Counted from the first letter of the stretch, positions 11,269-23,669 are shown. The stretch is 64,000 bases of DNA from an uncultured Gemmatimonadales bacterium (GCA_963823035.1 CAWGKG010000012.1:96001-160000), one strand, 5' to 3'. Translations and numbers: made by a program. Notes: generated by a model not told the origin, from the letters alone.

Positions 11269-13079
11269 ATGGGCTACGACGACTGGCCGAACCTGCCGGC
11301 CATGTTCTTCGACCAGGCCGAGCGCTGCGGCGACCGGCCCTTCCTGTGGTGCGAAGCGCGACGGCGTCTGACCGGCCGCTGAGCCTGGCGCGAGGTCGCC
11401 GAGGACGTGCGCGCGCTGGCGCGCGGCCTGCGCGCGCTCGGCGTCGAGCCCGGCGACCGCGTCGTGCTGGTCTCCGAGAACCGGCCGGAATGGGTCGATC
11501 GCCGACCTCGCCATCATGGCCGCCGGCGCCATCACCGTGCCGGCCTACACCACCAACACCGTCGACGACCACCGCCACATCCTGACGGACAGCGGCGCCG
11601 AGCTCGCGATCGTCTCGACCGCCGCGCTGGCCGAGCGCGCTGCTGCCGGCCGCGGCGCAGAGCCGGCCGTGCCGCGACGTCGTCACCATGGAGCCGGCCG
11701 AGCCGCGCCAGACGGTCGTCGCGGTCATCGGCTGGGACGACGCTCGAACGGCTCGGCGCCGACGGCGCCGACGAGGTCGACGCCGGGCGCGTCGCGATCG
11801 GCGCGCGCGACGACACTGGCCTGCCTCATCTACACCTCGGGCACCGGCGGCGCTGCCCAAGGGCGTCATGCTGTCGCACCGCGCCATCCTGTCGCAACTG
11901 CACGGGCGCCTATCGACCTGCTCGACAGCTCGGCCTCGGACGATCGAGGCGCTTCCTGTCGTTCCTGCCGCTGTCGCATTCCTACGAGCACACGCGGGCC
12001 AGTTCTTCCCGATCTCGATCGGCGCGGAGATCTACTACGCCGAGGGCGTCGACACCCTGGCCGCCAACATGCTCGAGGCGCGGCCGACGATCATGACCGC
12101 GGTGCCGCGCCTCTACGAGGTCATGCACCAGCGCATCCTGCCGCGGCGTCGAACGCGGGCGAGCCGTCGAAGCAGAAGCTGTTCGACCGCGCCGTGCGAG
12201 CTCGGCCGCAAGCGCTACGACGGCCCGCGCCGCCTCGACCTCGTCGAGCGGCTCCTCGACCGGCTGCTCGACCGGCTGGTGCGCGACAAGGTGCGGGCAG
12301 CGCTTCGGCGGCCGGCTCAAGGCGCTGGTCTCCGGCGGCGCGCCGCTCAACCCGGAGTCGGCGTGTTCTTCACCGCGCTCGGCGTGCGCCTGCTGCAGGG
12401 CTACGGCCAGACCGAGGCGGCGCCGGTGGTCAGCTGCAACCCGCCCGACCGCGATCAAGATGCGACACCGTCGGCCCGCCGCTCCACGGGCGTCGAGGTC
12501 AGGATCGCCGACGACGGCGAGATCCTGGTGCGCGGCGAGCTGGTCATGCAGGGCTACTGGAACAACCCGGAGGCGACCGCCGCAGGCGCTGCGGGACGGC
12601 TGGCTGCACACCGGCGACATCGGCGTGTTCGACGACGACGGCTACCTCCGGATCACCGACCGCAAGAAGGACATCATCGTCAATTCCGGCGGCGACAACG
12701 TCGTCGCCGCAGCGGGTCGAGGGCATCCTCACCCTGGAGCCGGAGATCGCCCAGGCCATGGTCTACGGCGACAAGCGGCCGCTATCTGGTCGCCGCTCAT
12801 CGTGCCCGACGACGGCTTCGTCGCCGCGCTATGCGCGCGAGCACGGCGTCGCCCGCCGACCTCGCGTCACTTTCTCGTGAAAGAAATTTCACGAATGCTG
12901 TCCGCGCCTCGGTGGAGCGTGCTAACCTCCGCCTTGCCGCGATCGAGAAGGTCAAGCGATTCGTCATCGCCAGCGCCCCGTTCGGGGTCGACAACGGCCA
13001 GATGACCCCGACGCTGAAGGTTCGACGTCACGTGGTGCGGGCCGCCTACGACAGCGAATTAGACGCACTCTATAGATAA
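11269..13079 (+). CDS. Long-chain fatty acid-CoA ligase (AMP-dependent synthetase), frameshifted
   Basis: [48 protein letters not shown]. Confidence 0.85.
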
Positions 13080-13180
13080 TCCGTCCCGAACTGGATCAGT
13101 GAGCCGTCAGGCTTGCGTATTTCTGTTCCGATGTGATACGAAGCGTCAGCTTTGTTCCGGATCGGAACAGGAAAGGTGGC

Positions 13181-14638
13181 ATGGCGCGCACAGTCCTCAT
13201 CGTCGACGACGACCCGATACAGCGGCGGCTCTACAGCGAGATCATCGGCTCGATGGGCTTCCAGGCGTCCACCGCCGAGGATGGCGAGTCGCGCATCGAA
13301 CATGCTGCTGACGTCGACCAGCCCGAACGTCCCGACGCCGTCGCTGCTCGACCTCAACATGCCCGGCGTCGACGGCATGGCCGTGCTGGAGCGCGTCAAC
13401 CCGGCCCTGCCCGAGCCTTCCGATCGTCGTGCTGACCGGCCATGGCGGCGTCGACACGCGGTGCAGCGCGATGCGCGCCGGCGCCGCCGACTTCCTGGTC
13501 AAGCCGGTCTCGCCCGGAGCGGCTCGACGTCACCCTCGACAACGTCATGAAGCTGGGCTCGCTGCGCGGCGAGGTCTCCCGCCTGCAGCGCCAGGCCGAG
13601 GAAGGCATCCCCCGGTCGACATCGTCGGCTCCAGCGCCGGCCTCTGCGCGCCACGATCGACCTTGGCCATGCGCGCCGCCCAGTCGCAGATCCCGGTCTT
13701 GATCGAAGGCGAGAGCGGCGTCGGCAAGGAGCTCTTCGCCCGCTTCATCCAGAGCTGCGGCCCGCGCTCCGGCAAGCCGTTCATCACCGTCAACTGCGGC
13801 GCGATCCCGGAGAACCTGATCGAGAGCCATGCTGTTCGGCCACGAGAAGGGCTCGTTCACCGGCGCCACCGCCAAGCACCTCGGCAAGTTCCAGGAGGCC
13901 AATGGCGGCACGCTGTTTCTCGACGAGATCGGCGAGCTGCGGACCGACATGCAGGTCAAGCTGCTGCGCGCGCTGCAGGAGGGCCAGATCGATCCGGTCG
14001 GCAGCCGCAAGCCGGTCGAGGTCGACGTCCGCCTGATCGCCGCGACCAACCGCGACCTCTTCCAGATGGTCGAGGAGGGCAGCTTCCGCGAAGACCTCTA
14101 TTACCGCATCAACGTGTTCCCGCTCCACGTCCCGCCCCTGCGCGAGCGCAAGCGAGGATATCCCGCTGCTGATCGAACACTTCATCCAGCGTTTCGCCGC
14201 GCTCGGAGCCAAGCAGGTCGTCGGCATCGACGGCGATGCCCGCGCCATGCTGGTCGACTACCCGTGGCCCGGCAACGTGCGCCAGCTCGAAAACGCCGTG
14301 TTCCGCGCGGTCGTGCTGTGCGACGGCGCGATGCCTGCGACCGCCGACTTCCCCCATATCGCGCGCGCCCAGGGCGTGCCGCTGGCCTCCGGCGCCGGCA
14401 ACGCGACCGCGCGCTGCGCCCGGCGGCGCCGGCCAGGCCGACGGCCAGCTGGCGCTGCTCGGCGGCGACGGCGAGATCCGCGCGCTGGCCGACGTCGAGG
14501 CCGACGTCATCCGCTTCGCGCTGGAGCACCACGCCGGCCAGATGTCGAAGGTCGCGCGCCAGCCTCGGCATCGGCCGCTCGACCCTCTACCGCAAGGTCC
14601 GCGAACTCGGCCTCGAGGGCGCGACCACCGACGGCTGA
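13181..14638 (+). CDS. Sigma-54-dependent response regulator (NtrC family), frameshifted
   Basis: Receiver (LIVDDD, LDLNMP), [30 protein letters not shown], Fis-type [13 protein letters not shown]. Confidence 0.9.
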
Positions 14639-14706
14639 GCATCGGCTGTGCTGGCGTTGTCCGTGAGCCGGGGTAGGATCGGCCCGAGCTGCGGGAGTAA
14701 CGCGAG

Positions 14707-17700
14707 ATGACGCTGGCCGACGTCTCCCTCGACGATCGCTACGCCAAGGCCAAGGGCCGCGTGCTGATGTCGGGCACCCAGGCGCTGGTGCGCCTGCCCA
14801 TGCTGCAGCACGCGCGCGACCAGGCCGCCGGGCTCAACACCGCCTGCTTCATCTCCGGCTATCGCGGCTCGCCGCTGGGCGGCGCTCGACCAGGCAGCTG
14901 TGGCAGGCGCGGCCGCTTCCTCGAAGACAACGACATCCACTTCCAGCCCGGCGTCAACGAGGACCTGGCCGCGACCGCGGTCTGGGGCAGCCAGCAGGTC
15001 GACCTGTTCGCCGACGCCCGCTACGACGGCGTCTTCGCCATGCTGGTACGGCAAGGGGCCCGGCGTCGACCGCTCCGGCGACGTGTTCAAGCACGGCAAC
15101 ACGCGCCGGCACCGTCGCGCCACGGCGGCGTGCTGGTGCTGGCCGGCGACGACCACACCTGCAAGTCCTCGACCACGCGCGCACCAGAGCGAGTACGCCT
15201 TCATCGACGCCATGATCCCGGTGCTGCAACCCGGCCGGCGTCCAGGAGTTCCTCGACTCGGCCTGCTACGGCTGGGCGATGTCGCGCTACTCGCGGCTGC
15301 TGGGTCGGCTTCAAGATGCATCGCCGAGACGGTCGACAGCGCCGCCACGGTCGAGCGTCGACCCGGAGCGCGTCGCAGATCGTCGCTGCCCGACGACTTC
15401 GAGCTGCCGCCGGGCGGCCTCAACATCCGCTGGCCCGACGAGCGCGCTCGACCAGGAGGAGCGCCTGCACCGCTACAAGCTCGATGCCGCGCTCGCCTTC
15501 GCCCGCGCCAACCGGCTCGACCGCGTGGTGATCGACAGCCCGCAGCGCGCGCCTCGGCATCGTCACCGCCGGCAAGTCCTATCTCGACGTGCGCCAGGCG
15601 CTCGACGATCTCGGCATCGACGAGGCCGCGCGCCGCCGAGATCGGCCTGCGGCTCTACAAGGTCGGCATGCCCTGGCCGCTCGAGCCCGAGGGCATGCGC
15701 GCCTTCGCCGAGGGCCTCGACGAGATCCTGGTGGTCGAGGAGAAGCGCGCGCCTGATCGAGAACCAGCTCAAGGAGCAGCTCTACGACTGGCCGCGACGG
15801 CGTGCGCCCGCGCGGTCGTCGGCAAGTTCGACGAGAACGGCAGGCCGATCCTGCCGTCCTGCGGACGAGCTGACGCCCGGCCAGATCGCCCGCGTCATCG
15901 CCCGCCGCCTCGCGCGGCTTCGCACCGGCCGAGCGACCTCGAGCAGCCGCGTCGCGTTCCTCGGCCAGCAGGAGCGCGGCGCCAGGCGCGCGAGCCGGCG
16001 CCGCTCAGCGCGCATGCCCTACTTCTGCTCGGGCTGCCCGCACAACACCTCGACCAGGGTGCCGGAGGGCAGCCGCGCGCTGCGCCGGCATCGGCTGCCA
16101 CTACATGGCGCAGTGGATGGACCGCAACACCGACGACCTTCACCCAGATGGGCGGCGAGGGCGCGACCTGGATCGGCCAGGCGCCGTTCACCGACGACGA
16201 CGCACGTCTTCGCCAATATCGGCGACGGCACCTACTCCCATTCCGGCCTGCTGGCGATCCGCGCCGCGGTCGCCGCCGGCGTCAACATCACCTACAAGAT
16301 CCTCTACAACGACGCCGTCGCCATGACCGGCGGCCAGCCGGTCGAGGGCCACGCTCAGCGTCGCCGCGATCGCCCACCAGCTCGCACGCCGAGGGCGTGA
16401 CGCGCATCGTCGTGGTCACCGACGAGCCGGAGAAGTACGCCGCCGACGCCGACTTCGCCGCCGGGCGTCGACGGTCCACCACCGCGACGAGCTCGACGCG
16501 GTGCAGCGCGAGCTGCGCGAGGTGCCAGGGCGTCACCGCGCTGATCTACGACCAGACCTGCGCGGCCGAGAAGCGCCGCCGCCGCAAGCGCGGCACGCTG
16601 CGCCGACCCCGACCGCCGCGTCTTCATCAACGAGCGCGGTCTGCGAGGGCTGCGGCGACTGCCGGCGCACGTCGAACTGCCTCTCGGTGGTGCCGGTGCG
16701 AGACCGAGTTCGGGCGCAAGCGCCAGATCGACCAGTCGACCTGCAACAAGGACTATCACCTGCCTGGAGGGCTTCTGCCCGAGCTTCGTCACGGTCGAGG
16801 GCGGCGCGCCCGCGCAAGCGCGCCGGCGCCGACCGCGGCTCGACGCGCTGCTCGCCGCTGCCTGCCCGAGCCCGCGCTGCCGGCCTGGAGCGGCCGTGGC
16901 GCATCCTGGTCGCCGGCATCGGCGGCACCGGCGTCGTCACCATCGGCGCCGCTGCTCGGCATGGCCGCGCACCTGGAGGGCAAGGGCGTCGCCGTGCTCG
17001 ACCAGACCGGCCTCGCCCAGAAGGGCGGCGCGCGTCACCAGCCACGTGCGCATCGCGCGCGGAGCCGGACGACATCGATCGCCGTGCGCAGCACCGGCGC
17101 GGGCGGCGCCGACCTGCTGCTCGGCTGCGACCTGGTGCGTGGCCGCCGAGCGCCGACGCGCTCGCGCCGCTGCGACGCCGGGCGCACCCGCGCGGTGGTC
17201 AACGACCACGACATCGCCGACCGGCGACTTCACCCGCCATCCCGACGCCGCTTTCCCGGCGAGCCGCTGCGCGCGCGCATCGCCGACGGCGCACGGCGCC
17301 GAGCGTCGTCGACTTCGTCGACGCCACCGCGCTGGCCGACCGCGCTGCTCGGCGATTCCATCGCCGCCAACTTCATGCTGCTGGGCTACGCCTGGCAGAA
17401 GGGCCTGGTGCCGCTGTCGCGCAGCGGCGCATCGAGCAGCGCCATCGACGCTCAACGGCGTCGCCGTCGAGCTCAACATCGAAGGCCTTCGCGCTGGGGC
17501 CGCGCGCGCGGCCGCACGATCCGGCCGCGGTCGCAGGGCGGCGCGCCGCGGCCCGGCCGCAGCGCGACCACCGCCGGCTGCCGAGAGCCATCGACGAGCT
17601 GCGTCGAGCGCCGCGTCGCGCCATCTGACCGGCTACCAGGACGCCGCCTACGCCGAGCGCTACCGCGGCCTGGTCGCGCGCGTCGCGCGCCGCCGAGGCC

Positions 17701-18255
17701 GAGCGCGCGCCGGGCACGAGCGGGCTGGCCGAGGCGGTCGCCCGCGGCTACTACAAGCTGCTGGCCTACAAGGACGAGTACGAGGTCGCGCGGCTGTTCA
17801 CCGACGGCGCGTTCCGGCACCAGCTCGACGCCGCAGTTCGAGGGCGAGACCAGCCTCACGCTTCCATCTCGCGCCGCCGCTGCTGGCGCGCACGCGACCC
17901 CGACACCGGGCGGCCGCAGAAGACGCGCTTCGGCCCCTGGATCGTGCCGGCCTTCCGCGTGCTGGCCGCGCTCAAGGGCCTGCGCGGCACGCCCTTCGAC
18001 CCGTTCGGCCACGGCGCCGAGCGGCGCGCGGAGCGCAGGCTGATCGCCGACTACGAGACGGATATCGCCCTCGTGCTGGAGCGCCTGCAGTCCGGCAACC
18101 ACGCCATCGCGGTCGAACTGGCGCGCCTGCCCGAGCAGATCCGCGGTTTCGGCCCGGTCAAGGCCGCTGCGATCCGCGCCGCCGGGGAGCGCGCGTGCCA
18201 GCTCAGGACGGCGCTTGCGGGCCAGAACAGCCAGGCCGCCCAGGCGGCCGAGTAG
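14707..18255 (+). CDS. Indolepyruvate ferredoxin oxidoreductase family (fused alpha/beta), heavily frameshifted
   Basis: MSGTQALVRLP, SGYRGSPLGG, YFCSGCPHN, GDGTYSHSG, CEGCGDC, GIGGTGVVT, KLLAYKDEYEVAR, IRGFGPVK. Confidence 0.9.
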
Positions 18256-18274
18256 TCAGGAACAGGAAGGAACG

Positions 18275-18994
18275 ATGATGGCACAGGGCAAGGATGGGGG
18301 CGTCGCCCTCGTGATCGGCGCGGGCGCGGGCCTGGGCGCCGGCCTGGGACGGCGCTTCGCGGCGGCCGGCATGGACGTGGCGCTGGCGTCGCGCAGCCTG
18401 GAGCACTGCCGAGGAGGCCGCCACCGACGCCGGCGCCGTGCCCACGCCTATGCCTGCGACGCGACCGACGAGGCGAGCGTCGCCGAGCTGTTCGCCGGGT
18501 CGAGGGCGAGCTCGGCGAGCCCGACCTGGTCGTCTACAACGCCAGCGGCTTCCTGCGGAAATCGATCCTGGAGATCGAGCCCGAGGAGATGACCAAGCAG
18601 TGGACCGTGACCTGCCTGGGCGGCTTCATCGTCGGCGCGCGACGCGGCGCGGCGCATGGTCAAGCGCGGCAGCGGCACGATCATCTTCACAGGTGCCACC
18701 GCCTGCACCAAGGGCTCGGCCAACTTCGCCGGCTTCGCGGTCGGCAAGTTCGGCCTGAGGGCGCTGGCCCAGAGCATGGCGCGCGAACTGGGCCCCAAGC
18801 GGGTCCACGTCGCCATCGTCAACATCGACGGCGAGATCAACGGCCCGGCCCACGCCCACGAGATCCCCGAGAAGGGCATCGACGCCCTGCTCGACCCCGA
18901 CGCCATCGCCGAGACCTACTACGCGATCCACCGCCAGCACCACACGGCCTGGACCCACGAGGTCGACCTGCGGCCCGCGATCGAGAGGTGGTAG
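18275..18994 (+). CDS. Short-chain dehydrogenase/reductase, frameshifted
   Basis: VIGAGAGLG, VYNA, FTGATA, KFGLRALAQSMARELGP. Confidence 0.85.
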
Positions 18995-19110
18995 GGGGCG
19001 GTGGAGGCCGGATTTGGCAGTCATTTCGTAGGGTTGCGCGAAATTGGGTTCGTTTCGTAGTGGACCGGCTGCGGACACCACCGCGGACAAATCTTGACCC
19101 ATCGACCGGT

Positions 19111-19129
19111 TGGAACCATTTTGGTTCCA
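19111..19129. promoter_or_regulatory. Palindromic operator upstream of toxin-antitoxin operon
   Basis: TGGAACCA-ttt-TGGTTCCA overlapping a CATAAT -10-like hexamer, just before the GGAGG RBS. Confidence 0.65.
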
Positions 19130-19148
19130 TAATGGAGGTACCGGTCCC

Positions 19149-19391
19149 ATGGCCACGATCACGCTCAAGAACATCCCGGATGACCTCTACGAGCAGTTGA
19201 AGCGGCAGGCGCGGAGCCATCGCCGGTCCGTCAACAGCGAGCTGATCTGCTGCCTGGAGACGGTGCTGCGACCGAGGAGGATCACCGCTGCGGAGCGCGT
19301 CGAGCGCCTTCGCCGTCTGCGCCCGCGGATCGACCCGGAGGCCGTCGGGACCGACGAGCTTCTGGCCGCCGTCGAGCAGGGCCGGCCGTGA
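19149..19391 (+). CDS. Arc/ribbon-helix-helix antitoxin (FitA-like)
   Basis: MATITLKNIPDDLYEQLKRQARSHRRSVNSE; GTGA overlap with PIN toxin. Confidence 0.9.
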   Translation: MATITLKNIPDDLYEQLKRQARSHRRSVNSELICCLETVLRPRRITAAERVERLRRLRPRIDPEAVGTDELLAAVEQGRP

Positions 19392-19798
19392 TCGTCGCCG
19401 ACACGAATGTCATCGCCTATCTCGTCCTGCCGTCTCCCCATACCGCCCTGGCCGAGCGGCTGTTGCTCGCCGACCCCGACTGGATCGCGCCGGTGCTGTG
19501 GCGCAGCGAGATGCGCAACGTGCTGGCGCTCTACCTGAGGAAGTCGCTCATCACGCTCGAGGAGGCCCTGAGCCTCCAGGAGGAGGCCGAGGATCTCCTG
19601 CGGGACAGGGAGTACGAGGTCGGGTCGGCCGACGTCCTGAGGCTGGTGGCGGAAAGCCCCTGCTCCGCCTACGACTGCGAGTTCGTGGCCCTGGCGCAGA
19701 GCCTGGACATCGCGCTCGCGACCATGGACGCCAAGCTCGCCGCGGCCTTCCCGGAGACCGCCGTCCTGCTGAGCGACGCCGTCTCGGAACGGCCGTGA
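19388..19798 (+). CDS. vapC: PIN-domain VapC/FitB toxin
   Basis: IVADTNV, SEMRN, SAYDCEFVALA, TMD acidic PIN residues. Confidence 0.9.
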   Translation: MIVADTNVIAYLVLPSPHTALAERLLLADPDWIAPVLWRSEMRNVLALYLRKSLITLEEALSLQEEAEDLLRDREYEVGSADVLRLVAESPCSAYDCEFVALAQSLDIALATMDAKLAAAFPETAVLLSDAVSERP

Positions 19799-19932
19799 GA
19801 GCCGGAGGACATGATCCGGTGCCCGGCGATGCCGGATCCCGGGCATAAGCCCAAGCACAAGCGCAGGATGCGCATTCCACCTGCGAGCCCTGCGGAATTT
19901 TTCGCTGGACCATGACGCATGCGCGGCTCTAT

Positions 19933-19947
19933 GTTCCGTCTATGTTC
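19933..19947 (+). promoter_or_regulatory. Alphaproteobacterial LexA (SOS) box
   Basis: GTTC-CGTCTAT-GTTC matches the GTTC-N7-GTTC consensus, 17 bp before the ATG at 19965. Confidence 0.7.
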
Positions 19948-19964
19948 TCATATGGAGCATCGCC

Positions 19965-20603
19965 ATGACGACACAGCGACAGATCGAGGCCAACCGGCAC
20001 AACGCGCTCTCCAGCACCGGCCCGCGCACGGTGGAGGGCAAGGAGCGGTCGCGCATGAACGCGCTGACCCACGGGCTGCAGGCGCGCAACCATGTCCTGC
20101 CCGACGAGGACGAAGGCGCCTTCGAGCGGCTGCGGGAGGGGATGTGGCTCGACCTGCTGCCCGAGGGCGAGCTTGAGGAACAGCTCGCCGAGCGCGCGTC
20201 GCTCCTGTTCTGGCGCCTCGCCCGCGCCGGCCGGCTCGAAACCGGGCTTTACGCCTGGCGCCACCACCACCGGACGAAGCAGCGCATCCGCGGCGACCAG
20301 TTCGACCGCATGTACCGTGCCGAGAACCTCAACGGCGAGAAGCACGAACGCTTCGCGGCGGACGATGAGATGGAGCGCAGCGCGGCGGCCGGCGCGGCGC
20401 TCGACGCCGCGGTGCTGGCGCCGGGCTTCCTGGAGGACGCGCGCACGGTCAACATCTTCGAGAAGCTGACGCGCTACGAGGCCAGCCTGCAACGCGCACT
20501 GGAGAGCACCCTCGACCAGCTCCTGAAGCTCCAGCGCCGCCGCGAGACGGGCGCGCCGGGGTCGGTGGTCACGCTGGAGGGCGAGGCCCGGCGGGCGGTG
20601 TGA
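19965..20603 (+). CDS. Uncharacterized 'ANRxNAxxSTGP' family protein
   Basis: MTTQRQIEANRHNALSSTGPRTVEGKERSRMNALTHGL N-terminus, WRLARA, RYEASL; GGAG RBS. Confidence 0.85.
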   Translation: MTTQRQIEANRHNALSSTGPRTVEGKERSRMNALTHGLQARNHVLPDEDEGAFERLREGMWLDLLPEGELEEQLAERASLLFWRLARAGRLETGLYAWRHHHRTKQRIRGDQFDRMYRAENLNGEKHERFAADDEMERSAAAGAALDAAVLAPGFLEDARTVNIFEKLTRYEASLQRALESTLDQLLKLQRRRETGAPGSVVTLEGEARRAV

Positions 20604-20667
20604 GGTTGGCGATCGCGCGGCGGCAGGGCCGACGGACTCCTGCGGGCGGCACGCCTCGCCCCAACGT

Positions 20668-20942
20668 CGTCATCGCCCCGCTTGACGGGGCGATCCATTC
20701 CGGAGCGTTCGCGCGCGAGGAAGCGCCTCAGGAATGGATGGCCCGGTCGAGCCCGGCCATCACATGAGGACCAGGGCGAGCCTGTCTGCCGGCCGCTCGC
20801 CAAACCTCACGCCACCCCATGGGCGTCATCCCGGCCGCACCCCGGCCTTGAGCCGGGGGGAGAGCCGGGATCGCTTGCAGGATACGCTCGTGGGCACGAG
20901 AGATCCCGGCTCTCTGCCCTTCGGGCTCCGGCCGGGATGACG
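20668..20942. repeat. Two tandem REP-like palindromic elements between convergent genes
   Basis: GTCATCGCCCCGCTTGACGGGGCGATCCAT ... ATGGATGGCCCGGTCGAGCCCGGCCATCAC (20668-20763) and CGTCATCCCGGCCG ... CGGCCGGGATGACG (20824-20942). Confidence 0.75.
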
Positions 20943-20961
20943 GACAGGGATAAAACGGGCC

Positions 20962-21308
20962 TCAGTACGTCTTGCCGCTCGCCAGCAGGGCCTTCTCGTC
21001 GGCCTCGCGGCGCGCCTCGCCGGCCTGGAACTCGGCCTTCTGCTCGGCCGTCGCCTCCTTCTGGTGCTTCGCCTTGTACTCGCCGTAGGGCATGCCGTAG
21101 ACGATCTCGCGCGCCTCGCTCGTAGTCGATCTCGACGCCGCGGTCCTCGGCCGCCGCGCGGTACCACTTGGCCAGGCAGTTGCGGCAGAAGCCGGCGAGG
21201 TTCATCAGGTCGATGTTCTGCACGTCGGGTGCGTCGCGCAGGTGGTCGCGCAGGCGGCGGAACACGGCGGCCTCGAGTCTCGGTGCTGGTCTTGTCGTCC
21301 ATCGTCAT
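20962..21308 (-). CDS. DUF1244 family protein, frameshifted
   Basis: EAAVFRRL, DVQNIDLMNLAGFCRNCLAKWY, IVYGMPY. Confidence 0.9.
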
Positions 21309-21380
21309 TCTCCCGTCGTTCGGTGCGCGGCGCGTCCCCGACATGTGGGCGCTGGGCCGGCCCGGCTCAAGCCGTGCGCC

Positions 21381-22204
21381 TCAGGGCCCGCGCCGGTAGT
21401 GCACCGGATCGGCGAGCACGGCCGCGAAGGCATCGGTGATGATTCCGTCCAGGCCGCAACGCCTGCTTCGTCGCCGACCAGATCCTGGCGCAACTCGATC
21501 TGCACGTTGGCGCGGCCGTGCCGGGCGGCATGAACGGGCATGCTGTAGCCATGCGGCGAGGCGCCGTATAGGGCTCGTTGTCGCCGACGCACAGATCGCC
21601 GCGCTCGCGCAGGTGATGCAGCAGCGGCCGGCGATGCGGTCGTCGCGGTCCCACAGCACGCCGATGTGCCAGGGGCGCGGCGCGTGACCCATGGCGGCGT
21701 GAAGCTGTGCATCATGACCAGCGCCGGAACGACGCCACGCGCCTCAACCCCCTCGATGACGGCCTGGGACGCCTGATGGTAGGGCCAGAAGCAGGCCTCG
21801 GTCCGGAGCGCGGCCTGGGCGTCGGAGATGTCCCGATTGCCGGGAATTTCGTGACCGTCGCTCTGGGTCATGATCGATTCGGGATCGTCGAGCTGGCGGT
21901 TGCAGTCGATCACCAGGCGCGAGTAGCCGGCCAGGACGGCCGGCGCATCGAAATGGGCCGCGAGCCGCCGGGTGACATCGGCGGCGCCGATATCCCAGGC
22001 GATGTGCTGGCGAACTGCTCGTCGGTCAGGCCCAGATTGTCGAGCGCCAGCGGTACGCGCGTTGCTGGCGTGATCGCACAGGAACACGACATTGGCGGAA
22101 CCGCGCGGGTTGACGATCTGATAGGCCGGCGGATCGTCGGGCCCGAGCAGCGGGTCGCCCGGCTCGCCGGCATCGGTGAAGGCATCACGGATAACTTTGC
22201 TCAT
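21381..22204 (-). CDS. N-formylglutamate amidohydrolase, frameshifted
   Basis: CDHASN, HIAWDIG, SRLVIDCNR, MHSFTP, GDNEPY, IELRQDL. Confidence 0.85.
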
Positions 22205-22326
22205 GGGCGGGGACTATAGCCACAGGTCGCCGAGCACGAAGCCGGAAGGTCTTCGTTTCGCCGCCGGAAAGCGGCTCGTTGCCTGCTTTGTCGGCTTGGC
22301 GCCGTGCTGTGGCAGCTTCGCGCGCG

Positions 22327-23660
22327 ATGATTGAAATCTCCCGCCGCGATCTGCTGCGCGACCTGTTCGACGCGGCCGTCGGCGCCGCCGATCCGGCCGA
22401 CGCTGCGTCGGCGGGCACCTGCCCGCGCCACCCACGGGGCGCACCATCGTGGTCGGCGCCGGCAAGGCCGCGGCCGCCATGGCCGCCGCGGTCGAGGCGC
22501 GCTGGCAGCGGGACCGCTGGCAGGGCTCGTCGTCACGCCCTACGGCCACGGCGCTTGCCGACCGAGCGGATCGAGGTCGTCGAGGCCGCGCCATCCGGTG
22601 CCGGACGCCGCCGGCCAGCGACGCCGCCCGGCGGATCCTGGAGCTGGCGCGCGGGCCTCGGCCGCCGACGACCTGGTGCTCTGCCTGATCTCCGGCGGCG
22701 GCTCGGCGCTGCTGGCGCTGCCGGCGCGCCGGGCTGACGCTGGCCGACAAGCAGGCGGTCAACACGGCGCTGCTGCGCTCGCGGCGCGACGATCGACGAG
22801 ATGAACTGCGTGCGCAAGCACCTCTCGGCGATCAAGGGCGGCCGGCTCGCGGCCGCCGCCGCACCCGGCGCGGGTGGTGACGCCTGGCGATCTCCGACGT
22901 GCCGGGCGACGACCCGGCGGTGATCGCGCTCCGGCCCGACGGTGGCCGACCCGACGACGCTTCGCCGACGCCCGCGCGATCCTCGACCGAGTACGCGCAT
23001 CGACGCCGCCCGCCGCCGTCGCGCGCGCACCTGGACGACGCCGACGAGCGAGACGCCGAAGCCCGGCGACCCGCGCCTCGCGCGGCCGCACGGTCGACAT
23101 CATCGCGCACGCCCGCAGGAGCGCTGCAGGCCGCGGCCGCGCGTGCGCGCGACGCGCGGCGCTCGCGCCGGTCATCCTGGGCGACACGATCGAGGGCGAG
23201 GCGCGCGACGTCGGCGCTGGTCCATGCCGCGCATCGCGCGCGCAGGTCGCGCCGCACGGCCAGCCGGCGCCGCGCCGCCTGCGTGCATGCTGTCGGGCGG
23301 CGAGACCACGGTGACCGTGCGCGGCGACGGGCGGGCGCGGCGGGCGCAACGCGAGTTCCTGCTGGCGCTCGCCGTCGCGCTCGACGGCCTGCGCCGGCAT
23401 CCACGCCCTGGCCTGCGACACCGACGGCATCGACGGCATCGAGGACAGCGGCCGGCGCGATCGCTCGCACCCGACACGCCTGGCGCGCGGCCGCGCCGCC
23501 GGGCATCGACGCCGCGCGACGCGCTGGCGCGCCAACGACAGCGGCGGCTTCTTCGCCGCGCTCGGCGACCTGTCGTCACCGGCCCGACCCGGACCAACGT
23601 CAATGACTTCCGCGCCATCCTGGTCGACGCGCGCGATCCGCCAGCGAGCGATCGAGGCGA
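22327..23660 (+). CDS. Glycerate kinase type 2 (MOFRL/TtuD-like), heavily frameshifted; end approximate
   Basis: VGAGKAA, CLISGGGSALL, VRKHLSAIKGGRL, SGGETTV, DTDGIDG, TGPTRTNVNDFRAIL. Confidence 0.85.
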
Positions 23661-23669
23661 GAATCGACG

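Noticed and set aside
14900..18043. 1047-aa ORF and other long Arg/Pro/Ala-rich ORFs in the track (e.g. 593-2923, 51649-54570, 54804-57389)
   Set aside because: Shadow or antisense frames of real genes in high-GC DNA, or frame mosaics of frameshifted genes
20668..20942. CRISPR array
   Set aside because: Repeats are inverted palindromes, not identical direct repeats with spacers; no cas genes anywhere in the window
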